From contig OX597837.1 in the NCBI GenBank assembly GCA_951406725.2, positions 19,902,001-19,966,000 on the forward strand: a stretch of DNA of 64,000 nucleotides, in the 5' to 3' direction. Both the position numbers and the translations under genes were made by a program. Within the stretch, counting starts at the first letter, position 1. Every line of letters starts with the position of its first letter. This DNA comes from Octopus vulgaris. Taxonomy: Eukaryota. The notes beneath the pieces were generated by a model that saw only the letters and a list, made by a program, of their open reading frames with translations, was not told where the DNA came from and ran no database searches. Shown here piece by piece: positions 30,625 through 46,244 of this stretch.

Positions 30625-31588
30625 ATACTCGGATCGAATGTTACCAAACGAGGTTTATTTTTCAAAATAAGCCCCCATGTGGTCCACACACTTCTATCGA
30701 TGTTGCAGGGCTTGGATCCTATTGGTGAAGAAGTATTCATCTTCTTGGTAAAAAAAACCCCTCATCAACAGCAGATATGACGTCATTATCACTACGATAC
30801 TTGTTGCCAGCCAAGTGTCTTTTTTCTTATGTTGGGGAACAGATGATAGTCAAACGCGATGGAGCAGGTGAGGGAGTGTTACAACTGCACAAATTCTCTT
30901 CGTCCCTGGCTCAAAGGGATGGACTAAACACTCGCTCTGGGTTAGGAAACTTTCAAAGAAACTAGCTGGATTTGTTCCAAACAATGTCAAATTTTACCGT
31001 GATGTGATCTGCCTGATGCACTTTTGATCAGGTGTCAGAAGACGTAGAATCTACGGAGCAGAAACCTTCGTCATGCCAAGTTCATTGTGAAGGATATTCT
31101 CAACCCTCTTACGAGATATGATAATAGCATTAGCTATTTGACTTACAGTAAAGTGTCTGTCATCCATCAGCATGTGGTGAACACGATCAATGTTCTCCTC
31201 GGTGGTGACAGTTTCAGGACGTCCAGACCTTGGGTCATCTTCAAGACTCTCCCTTTCCCCTCTTAAATCCTGTTGCCTACTTCTGCACTATTGATAAAGC
31301 TGGAGCATCATCCCCTAATGTAGCAACCATGTCAGCATGAATGTTCTTGGAGGCTAAACGCTTTTTCTGCAAGCACTTGAATACACCACGATGTCAAATT
31401 TTGTTCATTTTCAAAAGAAGTCACTACTAATTACTTTTGTAGTCTGCTTTGAACAGTCAGATGTCAGTTTACCCGAAAAGAACCAATGCAGTTATTAATA
31501 AAAAGGGTTGAAATTAATGCATGCAAGATTTCACAGCTGTAGCGTCACTTCTTCATAGTCAGTTTATGAACTTTTCATCTCATCCCCG
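30625..31588 (-). mobile_element. Internally deleted mariner fossil
   Basis: Minus strand N-terminus HRGV.KCLQKK.LA.KNIHADMVATLGDDAPALS...ESLEDDPRSGRP; C-terminus DYHLFPN...YRSDNDVISAVDE; central catalytic part missing; TIR TA|CGGGGATGAGATGAAAAGTTC at 31588. Confidence 0.85.
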
Positions 31589-32171
31589 TAATTAGACCGA
31601 AATCGTCCCTTCAAAATGTTATATTATTAGCATAGAGTTAGATAACAGTTCATTTGAAACTGAAGATGAATGGTTGAAATAACGAAAACTGCAATTATGC
31701 TTGCAACAGCCATAATTATACAGCGGTGAATTAGTAAAAGCGTTGGAGCGTCGGAGAAATACCTTATTATATTTCATCCGCCTCATTACTTCCTGAATTT
31801 AAATTCCGTCCAGGTTGAATTTGCTTTGGAGTTGATAAATTAAAGTACCAGTCAAGTACTGGGTCGTATTGTACATTTGCCAACTCTGTGTTTAGATTGG
31901 AAATTGAAGAGAGTAATGAATAGAGACAGTAGTAGAGAGTATCGTAGAAAAGTTCAAATCTCACCGAGATGAACTTTAATTTTCATCATTACGAAGGTCG
32001 ATGGAATGATGAACCAGTTAATTACATGAATTTATTTAAATTGACTATCGATGAGTCCGACAGCAGAAGCACCATCAACAGGTGAAGTGACACACCGATT
32101 AGTATACACAACCGTCACATCAATATTATTAATATGAACATTTCACACAGACACATGAACATAGGTAAATA

Positions 32172-32450
32172 TAGGGGAAGACGTGGCTGTGTGGCAAGAA
32201 GCTTGCTTCCCAACCACATGTGTCCGGGTTCGGTCCCGCTGCGTGGCACCTTGGGAAAGTACCTTTTGCTATAGCCTCGGGCCGACCAAAGTCTTGTGAG
32301 TGGATTTGGTGGACGGGAACTGAAAGAAGCCCGTCGTATATATGAGTGTGTGTGTGTATATCCATGTGTGTGTGTTTGTGTATGTGTGCGTGTGCGTGTG
32401 TTCGTCCCCAGCCCTGCTTGACGCCATGGTCGATCAAATAAGTACCAAAT
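32172..32450 (+). mobile_element. SINE family A, partial
   Basis: GTGGCTGTGTGGCAAGAAGCTTGCTTCCCAACCACATG...GGTTCGGTCCC... Confidence 0.8.
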
Positions 32451-32503
32451 AAACATAAGCGTCCATTTACTCAACTTACCCACTCACCCGAACGTGCTAA
32501 AAC

Positions 32504-32576
<73 letters not shown>

Positions 32577-32596
32577 TATTATTAATATTATTATTA

Positions 32597-32653
<57 letters not shown>

Positions 32654-32665
32654 TATTATTATTAA

Positions 32666-32702
<37 letters not shown>

Positions 32703-32731
32703 TATTATTAATATTATTATTATTATTATTA

Positions 32732-32813
<82 letters not shown>

Positions 32814-34134
32814 AGTAGTAGTAGCAGTAGTAGTAGTAGTAGTAGTAGTAGTTGGAATTGTAATGCTCAAAAATGTTTCCTATATGCAAGTGTGCGCATA
32901 AGATTCCACACGTCTTTATATGAACTTCGCTCTTTCTGTTTATCCCCTTCGGTACGTACATATACATATGTATGCATGTATGTATGTATGTATGTATGTA
33001 TGTATGTATGTATGTATGTATGTATGTATGTATGTATGTATGCATAAACACAAACACCTTTTCTCAAAATGTTTGTCAGTGTATGTATTTGCACATAATT
33101 TTGCGTGTTAGTTTGTACATGTGTACATGTGTATGTATGTACATGTAGGAATGCATGTCCTGGTCTTTGTCTCCATGCATGTTTGTGTGCGTCTACGTAT
33201 TCATGCACCAGTTTCAATTAGGGTGTGTGTGAGTGTGTAGGGGGTGTGTCGCTATTTTCTATAAGAGACAAAGAATTTCCATTTCAAAAACACAACAGCC
33301 AGCCAACCAACCAACTAACCAGCCAGCCAGCCATCAAGTGCCATCATCACAATCACCACCACCCCGACACCAACACCAATACCAACACATCCAAACCACC
33401 GCAGCAACAACAGCAACAACAACACAAATCTCAGCAAGTGACAAAAACAACAACAACGAAAACAATAAGCAGATGAGACATGCAATATAAAACGTTCAAT
33501 TTAGCCGTAGGTAAGTCTCGAAATGTTAAAGTGGAAAAGGTCAAAGAAGAAAGATACGAAAGAATACAGGTGTCCTCAGCCATGAAATATGAGTTCCTGT
33601 GATGTTGGAAAAGTTATCTATTGAAATGGTAAAGAATCAAACAGATTGAAAGTTTCCTGTGTTGCTTTCTTCAATTCACTAAAGCGTTACACAACTCCAT
33701 TCAAAACTAGGTTCATATATTCATGCAATCATATAAATAATACACATATGCACGACGAAAAGCATATTAATGATCATACACACATACACCCATATATAAA
33801 TATATGTAAACATATACAAATATATATTATATACATATATATTATATACATACATATGTATATATATATATACACATACATATATATATACACATACATA
33901 TATATGTGCACATATTTACATATACATATATACATATATATGTATATATACCTATGCATATACATACACACATATATATGAATGTGTATGTATAAATATA
34001 TATATGTATATATACAGGGATATGCATACATACATTACATATAATACATATATATACATATATTATGTATTTAATATATATGTATCCATATATGACGACA
34101 TGTATTTATACAAGCATGTGTCTGTGTGCCCTAC

Positions 34135-34199
<65 letters not shown>

Positions 34200-34293
34200 T
34201 CTATATAAAAATATATATATATACTTATACATACATATATACATACTTATATATAAATATATATGTATGTATATGCAGTGTGTGTACGTACAT

Positions 34294-34360
<67 letters not shown>

Positions 34361-36458
34361 TGTATATGATATATATTATGTGTGTGCATGTATATGTATA
34401 TGTATATGTGTGTGTGTGTGTGTGTGTGTATGGTCTGACTTCGTGTATGTAGGTGTTGTATGGTCTGACTTGACAAAAAAGCGTATTTATTATTGGATTA
34501 ACGATGCCTTGGGATGTTAATGTGGAGTGGGCACATGAAAGGAAGTGCCAAGGAGATACTGTAGTACTTCCATTCAACAAAGTCATTATGGACGCATCTA
34601 AAGAACATGTAACACAATGGAACAAAAACAAAATACAACCCCAATTACACACAAAAGATGGAGAATGTATTAAAAGAAAACTGTGTGATTCCCAACGATG
34701 GCAAACCCACACATAACATGAAGTAAATTCAGCATCATACTACTAAATAAGGAAATAATAAAGAAAAATAATGGAAAATAATTTTTGAAAATGGCAACTA
34801 CTTGTATGTAACGTTAACCGCAAAGCTAACGCTAAGACGATGTAATAATTAGCATCATCAACGGCAATAATTATAAAGGCCGCTACACATCCCATGTCAC
34901 AATCACAAATTAAAGTAAATGACCTACACCTCAACACCAAGCTAACATCTTTACAAGAATCCAAATCGAAATTTACACGCCTTCCAACTAGACCACAATT
35001 TTGACCCCTTCTCGATTACAAAAAAGATCCGTAATATTACCTTCACTTTTTAACTTAGGCTTTCCTAAAACTTAAAGACAGTTTAATGCACAGCGTACAC
35101 AGCTGACACCACACTCATATCGTTGTACCATTGTTTAGACTCTGTAGAACAGCTAATCGAACCTTATTTAAATAGCCCAGACTTTTCAGATGACAAGAGA
35201 TTTAAAATAACACCGAGCAAATCCAGTCATCATATATGCAGCAAACAAGGATACTGAGATAAGACAACCCGTGCAAAAATTTCACAGAATTCATAGTAGA
35301 GCAAATCATGTCACGAACATGATAGGGGAAATCATTTCATATATGGTTTACAAAAGGAAACATCTAAAAGTGTAAACAATCTGAAGATTAAATTCATCAG
35401 GGATTGCCCCCGTCCCACCTGAGACACCAAACACTCCGCGTCAAAACAACGATAAACAATATAAGTACACAAACCAGCTCACTGCTCATGGTCACGCATT
35501 GTTTGAGTCACATTTCTGAAACAAAAAATACTAATAATGAAAGACGGCCTATACTTGTAAGGATCATAATTTGACTTTGTCCATCGTTCGTTTAACATCG
35601 ATTCAAAGGAATTTTGTTATATGTTTGCATTTAGCAGAGATTTCAGGTTTTTCATTGATGTAATCATCTTAGGTCATGAGGTGCGTAGACTTGAAGCTTT
35701 CAAATCAATGCTATATAGTCTATATTTGGTTCATCGAAGCCTAAATTTCAAAATTTCGCTTGTCTTTCAGAGTCCATATGTATTTTGATGAAGTTATTTA
35801 AGTGTCCACTTTTCTTTGTTACAAAAAAGATGGATGATGGTTGTAGTAACGGTTTTTGAATTATTTGGGATATCTATTGCTGTAATATTATTATTTTACT
35901 ATTAGCAGAATATAATACAACCTCTTTATTGCAGATATTTTGAACATACGTATCTGCACACACACTCACACACACGCACGCACATACACTTACACAAACA
36001 CGCACACACACACACAAACTAACACACACGCACTCACACACATGTAGATAGATAGATAGACAGACAGACAGATAATGATATATCCTGTTTTCTGTTTATC
36101 CTTTCTTATATTTTGCTTTTAAACGGTCTGTAGATAAACACATATAACACTGAAAGTGTGTGTGTGTGCGTGTGTGTGCATGTGTGTGGATTTAGGTGTG
36201 TATGCGTGCGTGTGTGTCTTTGTATATTTATTATATTTGTGTAGCGTAGTTATACAATTCAGATGTGAATATATTCTTCAACTTTATACACACTCATATA
36301 CACTCACAACTCTTATACGCCCTCACAGTTATGTATGTATTATATTTATGTATAGATATGTTTATCTCTCTTTCTCTCTCTATATATATATATATATACA
36401 TACATAATATATATGCATATGTAAATAGATAGAATATATCTATCTATTTATTTACACT

Positions 36459-36523
<65 letters not shown>

Positions 36524-36843
36524 GATATGTATACGTAAGCATGTATGCATGTGGGTACATATTTATATGTTTATTTTCAATATTCTCTGTCTTTTGTGCA
36601 TTAAAAATATAGTCTTTGAAGTTTAAAGACTATTGTTCTGCCTGAACATATGAGGTGGGTTGGATCGATACCCAATCAAATAGTGAAATAATGACATCAC
36701 TGGAGAGATATCGATCCCATTGATCTCTGCGACGTAGAGGAGACAAACAACACAACTCGTTTATTACTTGTTGTTTTTGTCGTCGTAGATCCGGGTTCGA
36801 TCGGTGTTCTAACTGTGACTCTAATGTCTTTGCCGTTGCGCAG

Positions 36844-36896
<53 letters not shown>

Positions 36897-37399
36897 GATG
36901 CTGTTGTTGTTTAGCATTAAATCAACGTTAATTGAGCAGAGCTATGATCAAACGTGTCCCGGATATGCTCATACCTTAACTTCTTCTAAATATGTATACC
37001 TAAGACTCCTTCATCTAACACATCCTGAGCATTTTGAAGACTGTGGGATGTAAATTGGGTGATAATTTGGCTTTTATATCCATGAAGCCGGCTGACCACA
37101 TACAGCCTCGCTGAGTAATGTTACATCGGGCAGTGAAGTATAAGATGCTGAATAGCTGAAAGTGCACTCATCATTAATACATTGGTCAAGTGCCTTAGTT
37201 TGCTGGTTTCTCTTTATCAAATTGGATAGAAGCTAATCAAAGATGTAAGCAGTGACAACATTGTAACGTTTGCGGGATTATCTTTAGTTGTGATAAGGAT
37301 AAGTGTTTGCAGTTTGCCCTAAGGTGGAAGGCTATCGTTTTTTGGTAGAATCATTCGATGGAAAGAGATGAAATACTTATTGCTAGCTAATCTTAATCT

Positions 37400-37860
37400 C
37401 CCCGGCTTCACTATGGCGTATCGGGCAACGAGAGGTCTTAGTCACAAGCACTGTCATGAGCCTAATCCTCCACCAGTTCTCACACACATCTTGGTAGGTT
37501 TGCCTCGCTTCCTACATTCCCTCTCTGGCTTCCATTCTAGAGAGGTTCTCACTGATTTGTTCATGGGAACTCGAGCAACATAGATGAAAAATCTTCTGTC
37601 ATCTAACGGTATCTTGTATGCTACTTAGACTGACTCTTTCTGACTTCTTCATTCCTGATATGGTGGCACCAAGAATTTCTTATTATGGTCCAAAAGCGAC
37701 TCTATAAAAGACAACTGTAGTTCCATAGGTTGTCTTTACTCCAATTCTCACGGGAATAAGTCGACGTCGGCATGATAATGAATATATTCAGACTGGATTC
37801 GGTTGTTAATTTGGTTGATGGAGAAGTTGGACCATACAGCGTTCAGGTGCAGCTTGTTAA
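37400..37860 (-). mobile_element. RTE-like LINE 3' fragment, highly degenerate
   Basis: Minus strand: YVARVPMNKSVRTSLEWKPERECRKRGKPTK, resembling the RTE motif H..RM...R..K..L.W.P..KRKRGRP. Confidence 0.55.
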
Positions 37861-38604
37861 ATCTGTTCTGACCAGGACATCAATGTTTTGAAACTGACAT
37901 ATTTTCCATTACATTTCTGACATTCAGCGTTGAGTTGCTGAAGCAGAAATAACGTTATAGCAAATATTCTACGCAATAACACACATTTGTTTGTCAGTTG
38001 CTTAATCTTAACCACTTGAACATGTCTCTTAGGCTGACAATTTATGCATTTCTGACCATGAGGAGGAGTATTGAGGGAGTATTAGAGCCATGGGCTAAGG
38101 ATGATTCTTTGAGGTTTGAATAAATGTAAGAAAAATGAAGCTAGAAGGAAATATTAGCCCTTTTTCATACTTTCTAGGGGTAAGCAAATAGGAAATAACA
38201 GTTGCTACCCAAGGACGAAAATCTTGTTCCACAGCGTTCCTATTACTTGTAACTGGGACACTGCATTTTACTGCATGATGTATTTTCCGGTCTTCCAGGG
38301 CGAACTGAATCTCGTGGCTCAAATACTGCCATTTACTCTATATTTGATATGCTGGTCATCTCTCGGCCAACTTCTTTTCTAACAGCATAAAATCGAACCA
38401 GACACTCACATAAAAAGTAGAAAGGATGAAAAGCGGAATTGATCTCCTGCACCCGCAGCCCAAAAAAATTTTCAGCCATAAAATCTATTCTATGTGGACA
38501 TGCAGGGCTGCAGAATGATGCCTAAACAAAACACAAATAAGGAATATTTATCCACCGATGTGGTGCTAGGAACTGTTACTCATTCTCACAGTTCGATATT
38601 AGAG

Positions 38605-38716
<112 letters not shown>

Positions 38717-38756
38717 TACATGCATACATTCACACACACATACACACACATACGCT

Positions 38757-38841
38757 GAGTGGCGCCTTGGGCAAATGTCTTCTACTATAGCCCTGTGGGT
38801 GGATTTTGGAGACGGAAACTGAAGGAATCCCTACGTATATA

Positions 38842-38899
<58 letters not shown>

Positions 38900-39100
38900 T
38901 GCGTGTGTATATATTTGTGTATCTGTGTTTGTCCCCCCACCATCGCTTGTCAACCGATGGTGGTGTTTTTACGTCCCCGTAACCTAACGGTTCTGCAAAA
39001 GTGTCCGATAGGCTTACAAATAATAAGTCTTGGGTCGATTTGCTCGACTAAAGGCAGTGCTCCAACATGGTCGCAGTCAAATGCCTGAAACAAGTAAAAG
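38757..39100 (+). mobile_element. SINE family A, 5'-truncated
   Basis: CCTTGGGCAAATGTCTTCTACTATAG, internal (TA)n and the family tail. Confidence 0.8.
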
Positions 39101-39166
39101 AGCAATAACTAAACGCAACGAGACAGTTTACCACATCATGTCTGGCTGTCGAGCCCCAACCAAATC

Positions 39167-39208
<42 letters not shown>

Positions 39209-39209
<1 letters not shown>

Positions 39210-39427
39210 GTGGAAATGCTGAAAAGTTCCTGGCTTTGGGTAAAAGAAAATACAGGAGGATCAGTTAATTATAATTGTATCCAACATATTCCCCTCTCGG
39301 ATTCACACACGCATTGCAGCGATCCTTCAGTTTTTTTACGCCCTATTAAAGCACTTGGAATGTTTGGTTTCCAACCAGTGTTTTCGCGACATCCTGAAAG
39401 CCAGGGACTTTTCAGCCCCCACCCTCG
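39209..39427. mobile_element. Mariner-type MITE
   Basis: TA|CGTGGAAATGCTGAAAAGTTCCTGGCTTT ... AAAGCCAGGGACTTTTCAGCCCCCACCCTCG|TA; the TIR resembles that of the mariner at 31588. Confidence 0.75.
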
Positions 39428-39447
39428 TACAAACATGACTGAGAAAA

Positions 39448-39580
39448 TAGTGGCTGTGTGGTAAGTAGTTGCTTACCAACCACATGGTTCCGGGTTCAGT
39501 CCCGCTGCGTGGCACCTTGGGCAAATGTCTTCTACTATAGCCTCGGGCCGACCAAAGCCTTGTGAGTGGATTTGGGAGAC
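39448..39580 (+). mobile_element. SINE family A head
   Basis: Near-identical to 39690-39825. Confidence 0.85.
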
Positions 39581-39583
39581 AGT

Positions 39584-40107
<524 letters not shown>

Positions 40108-40880
40108 ATATCCACTGTGCAATATGTCAACATTATAATACAAAAGCTAATAAGAAATGCTACAAACATGGGCCAAAGAAAGTACATGGCAATAATCAGG
40201 TCACGATCATCTGGAATATGCCTGTTCAAGCTGACAAAGAAAGCAAAGCTAAACGCCCACAGGTAATAATAAAGGACTAAAGATAAAAAAAAAAAACATT
40301 TGGCTACTGATAGAGATTACAATCCCTTCTGACCAAAATATTGTCCAAAAAGAAGTGGAAAAATTGTCAAATTACGAACACCTCGAAATTGAAATTTTCA
40401 AGATGTGGAGCATGACGGTGAAAACAATACCAGTAATTATTGAAGCATTAGGCATGGTTAAAAAACGCCTGAACAAAAATTTAGAAGCTATACCCGGACC
40501 TTGACCTTCAGCACTACACACATTCCAAACAATAGCTCTGCTATGAACAGTCCACATCCTACGCAAGACGCTCCCGATTCAGTTGAACAAATAGAACAAT
40601 GCACAGACACGAGACACACCCTATACAGTAGATCTCCAATAAAGTAAACAACCACCACAACATGTACTCTACAGGTGGGATACTCAACGGATGAACACAA
40701 CTCACAATACAAGCAAAACAATGGCAGACAAGACTCCATGGCTACAAATAAACTGATGCAATACAACACCGGGAAGTGTTTGTACTCCCCCAACAACAAA
40801 AAAAGAATACACAATACTACACTTATCTCAGCAACACGGAGGTGATACAGTAGGAACTTTTCTGAAACTATCAAATATTG
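40108..40880 (+). mobile_element. R4/Dong-like RLE non-LTR retrotransposon, 3' fragment ending in (TAA)n
   Basis: IWNMPVQADKESKAKRPQVIIKD ... EITIPSDQNIVQKEVEKLSNYEHLEIEIFKMWSMTVKTIPVIIEALGMV ... HILRKTL, then a ~300-nt 3' UTR running into (TAA)n. Dong elements are known to target TAA repeats. Confidence 0.8.
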
Positions 40881-40905
40881 AATAATAATAATAATAATGA
40901 TGATG

Positions 40906-40972
<67 letters not shown>

Positions 40973-40998
40973 AGATGATGATGATGATGATGATGATG

Positions 40999-41074
<76 letters not shown>

Positions 41075-41084
41075 TAATAAATAA

Positions 41085-41690
41085 CTGATCTTAACTGATT
41101 GGAAGTGTTATCATGTACATTGTTTTGTCTTGGTATAAAAGATGGGCTACAACAAATATTCTGCTCAATACCACAGATTTGCTTGTCAGTTGTTTGACCT
41201 TAACCAGTTGAGCATGTTCCTTGGAGACTGAAGATATATGCATCTCTGATCACGAACAGAAGTAGTGGAGGAGCATCATAGCCATGTGTTGAGAGGGATT
41301 CTTTGGGGTTTGAATAATTCACCTCTGGAAACATGGATGGTTCTTTCAACATCCTTAAACAACCCTTATTCAGGAACCTTTTGAGCGGGATGGGCTACTC
41401 AACCTGAAGAAAATTCTAACTGGACCCCACCTGCAAGGTCATGCGCTGTTTATCTCTATATGAGATCACCATGTCGCGCACATATGGTTGTGATGCATGT
41501 GCCTGGTGTACCCTCATCAGACGGGTAGTCATGATGGGTATATTGGGCTCCGTATATTTTACCCAAGTGTCACTTCGATGGCATGAACTTCTCTCTCACT
41601 TCCAACTTGTTGTTTCTTGAGGTCTCTGGGTGAGACTTGTGAGATTCGTACAACTTGTACAAATGTAAAGCAAAAGTCAAACATATAATG
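41085..41690. repeat. Dispersed repeat between two (TAA)n tracts, probably non-coding ends of an R4/Dong-like LINE
   Basis: 41150-41320 has a degenerate paralog at ~37950-38130; the right end runs into (TAA)n. Confidence 0.55.
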
Positions 41691-41746
<56 letters not shown>

Positions 41747-42389
41747 GTAGCACAACATGGATGTGCTACACCGGGCTCCCCATTCAAAAACAAATCTAAT
41801 GTAATAACATCGGTGGAATGGGATAAAGGAACCGGTGGAAGACTTGAAGGAAGCGGCCTTTTAACGAAAATAATTACGAAAATACAATTTTACTGCCATA
41901 CAAATCACAGTTTCTCCAATCACGGTGTCTTAGTGAATCATGTGCCAAACACACACGCGAAATCAACACCGGAAAGTCTACAAATTATAAAATATAAATG
42001 GAACAAAACAGTAAGTACATAAATTGAGTAATTACGCATACACTTGAATGTCTACACAATCATATATACATTTTGATACCCATAAGGACTACCCATACAT
42101 CTCAATGTTTACACAACTTCGTGAAATTTTTCCAGGACACATATTCACGCATTTGAAAGCATGCGTCAGAAACGATGCAGAAACAACAAAAAAAAAACTA
42201 TTTTTTTATTTTTCGGACTAACACAGACAGAGTGAACAATTCATAAGTTTAAAAACACCACAAAAAACTATGCCTGGAGGTAAATCTATCGACAAACAAA
42301 AATAGAGACGAATACAGATCTGTTAGCCTTAAGAAGCTACGTTACGAGCAATGTTTAGAAGCAGAAAACTCAGAGACGGTGTTGTCTCA

Positions 42390-42918
42390 AAAAAATCAAA
42401 AATAGAAGGGTTTATCATAGCAGCCGAAGATCAATGCCTACCTACAAGGAACTACCAGGCCAACATATTAAAGAACGGTAGTAGTACATGTTCTGTATGT
42501 CAACAGCAAAATGAAACTATTGATCATGTTGTCTCCATGTGCAGTCTTCTTGCACCTACAGAGTATCTCAACAGGCATGATAGAGCTGCACAATATATTC
42601 ACTGGGTAATTTGCAAAAACCTGGAACTGCCGCATGATAAAAAAAAAACTGGTGGGAACACTAAAACTACCTCCAGCGCTTGAACATGTTCACATCTCTC
42701 TCCTCTTGAACTTCACCATTCAAACTGACAGAAAGATGGATGCAAATAGGCCAGACATTATATTGAAAGGCTTCAGATAAAAATCATGCCTCCTCATTGA
42801 TATGAATGTCCCAATCGATATAAACGTATCCGTCAAGACCTACCAAAAACTGAGCAAGTATAAAGATTTTGAAATAGAAATTAGCAAAATGTGGAACCTG
42901 AAGACCAAAACAATACCT
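42390..42918 (+). mobile_element. R4/Dong-like LINE fragment (CCHC knuckle plus restriction-like endonuclease)
   Basis: EGFIIAAEDQCLPTRNY...CSVC...ETIDHVVSMC...YLNRHD...IHWVIC; then TDRKMDANRPDIIL...LIDMNVP.D.NV..K..KLSKYKD.EIEISKMW..KT.TIP; truncated by the ribozyme-bearing unit at 42918. Confidence 0.9.
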
Positions 42919-42965
42919 ACATTATTTACACTTGACGGTCATTTGTTCTCTTCTTGTTTGTGGTT

Positions 42966-43011
42966 AACACAACGTTTCGGCTGATATACCCTCCAGCCTT
43001 CATCAGGTGTC
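42966..43011 (-). ncRNA. Minimal type-I hammerhead ribozyme
   Basis: Minus strand: GACAC-CTGATGA-A-GGCTG(gagggtatat)CAGCC-GAAA-CGTT-GTGTT: stem I, perfect 5-bp stem II, AACGTT palindrome in place of stem III. Confidence 0.75.
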
Positions 43012-43099
43012 TTGGGGAAATTTCGAACCTTGTTTCTCGTTCCTAAGGTATTTCTCGCTGTTGCTGTTGTTGTTTTTGTTGTTGTTATCATTATTATTA

Positions 43100-43420
<321 letters not shown>

Positions 43421-44922
43421 TAATAACCACTTGGAAGTGTATGAGGAGGGCATCACAAGGACTGTCTACAAATTGTGTGAGGACTTACATAAAATATAAA
43501 GGAAAAGAAAAGGAAAAGCCAGCGGAATGAGATAAACTTATACATACTCCCCTTGTTGCAGAGGAACCTACAACCCCACAGATCGAGGACTAACCTAATC
43601 TCGAAGGGCACGAGTTCTCACCCAACTATTGATCTCAAGCAATTTTTAAAAACCGAGATAATCGTTTGGCTAAGACGCACAGATTTTGGCTAAGAAGTAC
43701 AAATAGTCTTAATGTGCCTAACAACTGAAGACTGTTGATGAGGAACAGAACTACTCATCTCTTGTAAGCCCTTCTCAATTTCTTCAAGTACCATTGGAAG
43801 ACGAAAGCCAGGGAAAAGTTGCTGGTGAATGGGTCTAGGAGCCTACAATAACTAAGTAGCTATAAGTTTGTTGTCTGAACTAGAAGGCACGTCTCTGATA
43901 TGTTAGCCTAATCTGGGTTTGTGTGTAGGATACCCCGAAGTCACACTATGTAGTTTTGTTGAATTATTTTTTATTCTCGTTGTTATTATTTCTTATGTAT
44001 TAATCTTTAATTGTTATTATTAAATTTGTTATTTTATTCTCTATAAACTCCTTGTATTTCATAGTGTATCTCATTTCTAATATTGTCTCCCATCACGATT
44101 TCTTGTGACTAATTAAAGAAGTCGTTATCATTTGTTAAACGGAGAATATTAATAATGACACAACAGTTGCACAAAGGATAATTTTCTTCTCTTGTTTTCG
44201 TGAATTCATCCTCTAAAAACCACATTTCACTCCATCTACGACTATTCTAAGCCAATCAGAAAACCTGTATGCATTACGTGGCTATCTTCGGTAGTTTGCA
44301 AGTAGTTTATTTTAGCGACCATGGATTGATGAACGGCTTAATTGACCTTGGTAAAAATATAGAAGAAGGATGTATATTGCTAATTATTCTGGAGTTGAAA
44401 AGGGGACAATATTGATAATAAGAGGAGACATGGAAGATTGACAATTAAAGTGATAATGAAGATAGTCATTCGAATATCCATTCATTCACAAATGTTGTTG
44501 TTGCTGCTACTGGTCGACGTAAGGATCGTTGTAAAAATAAACATAAAGGAATACGAGAGAAGATTGAATGGAATCCAATATTCTGTGTGTCCAAGATATA
44601 ATAATGAACGAATAACATAACAACATGTCAAGCTTCCGTCTAAACAGGTGTATATTCATATTCATTGCTATATTTCCGTGTTTGTGTGTGTAGGTGGTAT
44701 GTATGAAACAATAGGCAAAGTAATAGGGGCGTCGGATAATAACTCCCACAGTAATTGTTCCAACTCTCTGATATTTTAGTCAAAGAACCGCCAAGATTGA
44801 ACAACTTGGTGTGGAACTCAATATAGGTATGCCCCTGAAAGAAGCGTTAATCGAGTACAGAGAGATGATAAGAAAAACAGATGGCAAAGGAGTAAGTGAA
44901 TATCTTATGGAGCCCATTAATT

Positions 44923-44995
44923 TGCAGCTGTTTCCGCTTTTAGATGCAGTGGACTCATAGTCGGGTGCCTGAGTAACAACTTACAGCTTCATCAG
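44923..44995 (-). ncRNA. Degenerate hammerhead-like motif
   Basis: Minus strand: CTGATGA-AGC...AGCG-GAAA-CAGCTG-CA; the cleavage triplet and stem I are decayed. Confidence 0.4.
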
Positions 44996-45378
44996 AGCCT
45001 CAAATATGAAGTTCAATTTATTTGGGAAATAATTACATTTATGCATATATACCGAAAAGCATTACCAATGAGAAAGCATATATGTGGTGGGGACGAAATC
45101 CAGGGGTTTGTCCCTTAATTAGGATATGACTAATTCTAGAATGTGTATACTGATGGGTATACCCAGATCTAGGGAAAGATTAAGAGTAAATAGATCTATC
45201 AATAAGAATATAAGTATACACACAGACACACATACACACACACACTCAAGCACACACATACACTCAAACATGCACATACATACAAAGAGAGAGAGAAAGA
45301 GAAAGAGAGTGAGAGATATATAGATCAATAGATAGGTATGTATGAATGTATGTATGTATATATGTATGTATATGTATA

Positions 45379-45432
<54 letters not shown>

Positions 45433-45939
45433 CACACATAGATATATGTGTGTATTGTGTGTATCCGCACCCACTTGCACACGCATATAAATTCACTCAC
45501 GCACAAAAATTATATCTACACGCACACACAAGTACACACACAAACACACGTACGCATACACAAACAGAAAGAATAAGAAGTGCATTGAGGAAGAATCAAA
45601 CACGCTTAAGGTCATTAAGGCTTTTCAAGATTAGAAGATTTGGCTTAAGAGAGCCGCTTGAGGGAGGGGGAAGTGGGGAATAGTCTGTGTGTGTGTGTGT
45701 CGGTGTGCGGATAAAAGGATATGGGGAAGAAGAGGAAAGGATATTGGTAGACAAGAACAGAAAATATATGACCATAAAAATGTAGAATATGTGTTTTTAA
45801 ATATATTAAGAGAGATATATGTAGACATATATAAGCGTGCATATACTCATCCATATATACATGCATAGATACACACATATGTATGCATATGTGTATGTAT
45901 GTATATGTGTATGTATGTATGTATGTATGTATATATAAG

Positions 45940-46044
45940 ACAATCAGTAAGTTCTCATAATAGAACTCAGAGTTTCAAATGCCTAGAAGCTTTTACCTCT
46001 GGCATTTGAAATTTTGAGTTCTGTTATGACAACTTACTGATTGT
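45940..46044. repeat. Hairpin with ~44-bp arms and 17-nt loop
   Basis: ACAATCAGTAAGTTCTCATAATAGAACTCAGAGTTTCAAATGCC / GGCATTTGAAATTTTGAGTTCTGTTATGACAACTTACTGATTGT. Confidence 0.9.
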
Positions 46045-46051
46045 TCTGTAC

Positions 46052-46085
<34 letters not shown>

Positions 46086-46244
46086 TGTATGTATGTATGT
46101 ATGTATGTATGTATATACACACACACACACACACACACACTCACACACATATATATATATATATATACACATTTCTCTATTTACATAATATCGAGGTCTC
46201 ATTCTTTTGTTGTCGTTTTATTATAATTATTAATATACATATAT

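Noticed and set aside
34480-35560. Possible PLE N-terminal fragment (IIYAANK resembling II..ADKG)
   Set aside because: Only weak motif echoes across broken frames; not supportable without a profile search.
41505-41530. CTGATGA on the minus strand (also CTGATGA at ~17146 and ~56396) considered as hammerheads
   Set aside because: No correctly placed GAAA box or stem I.
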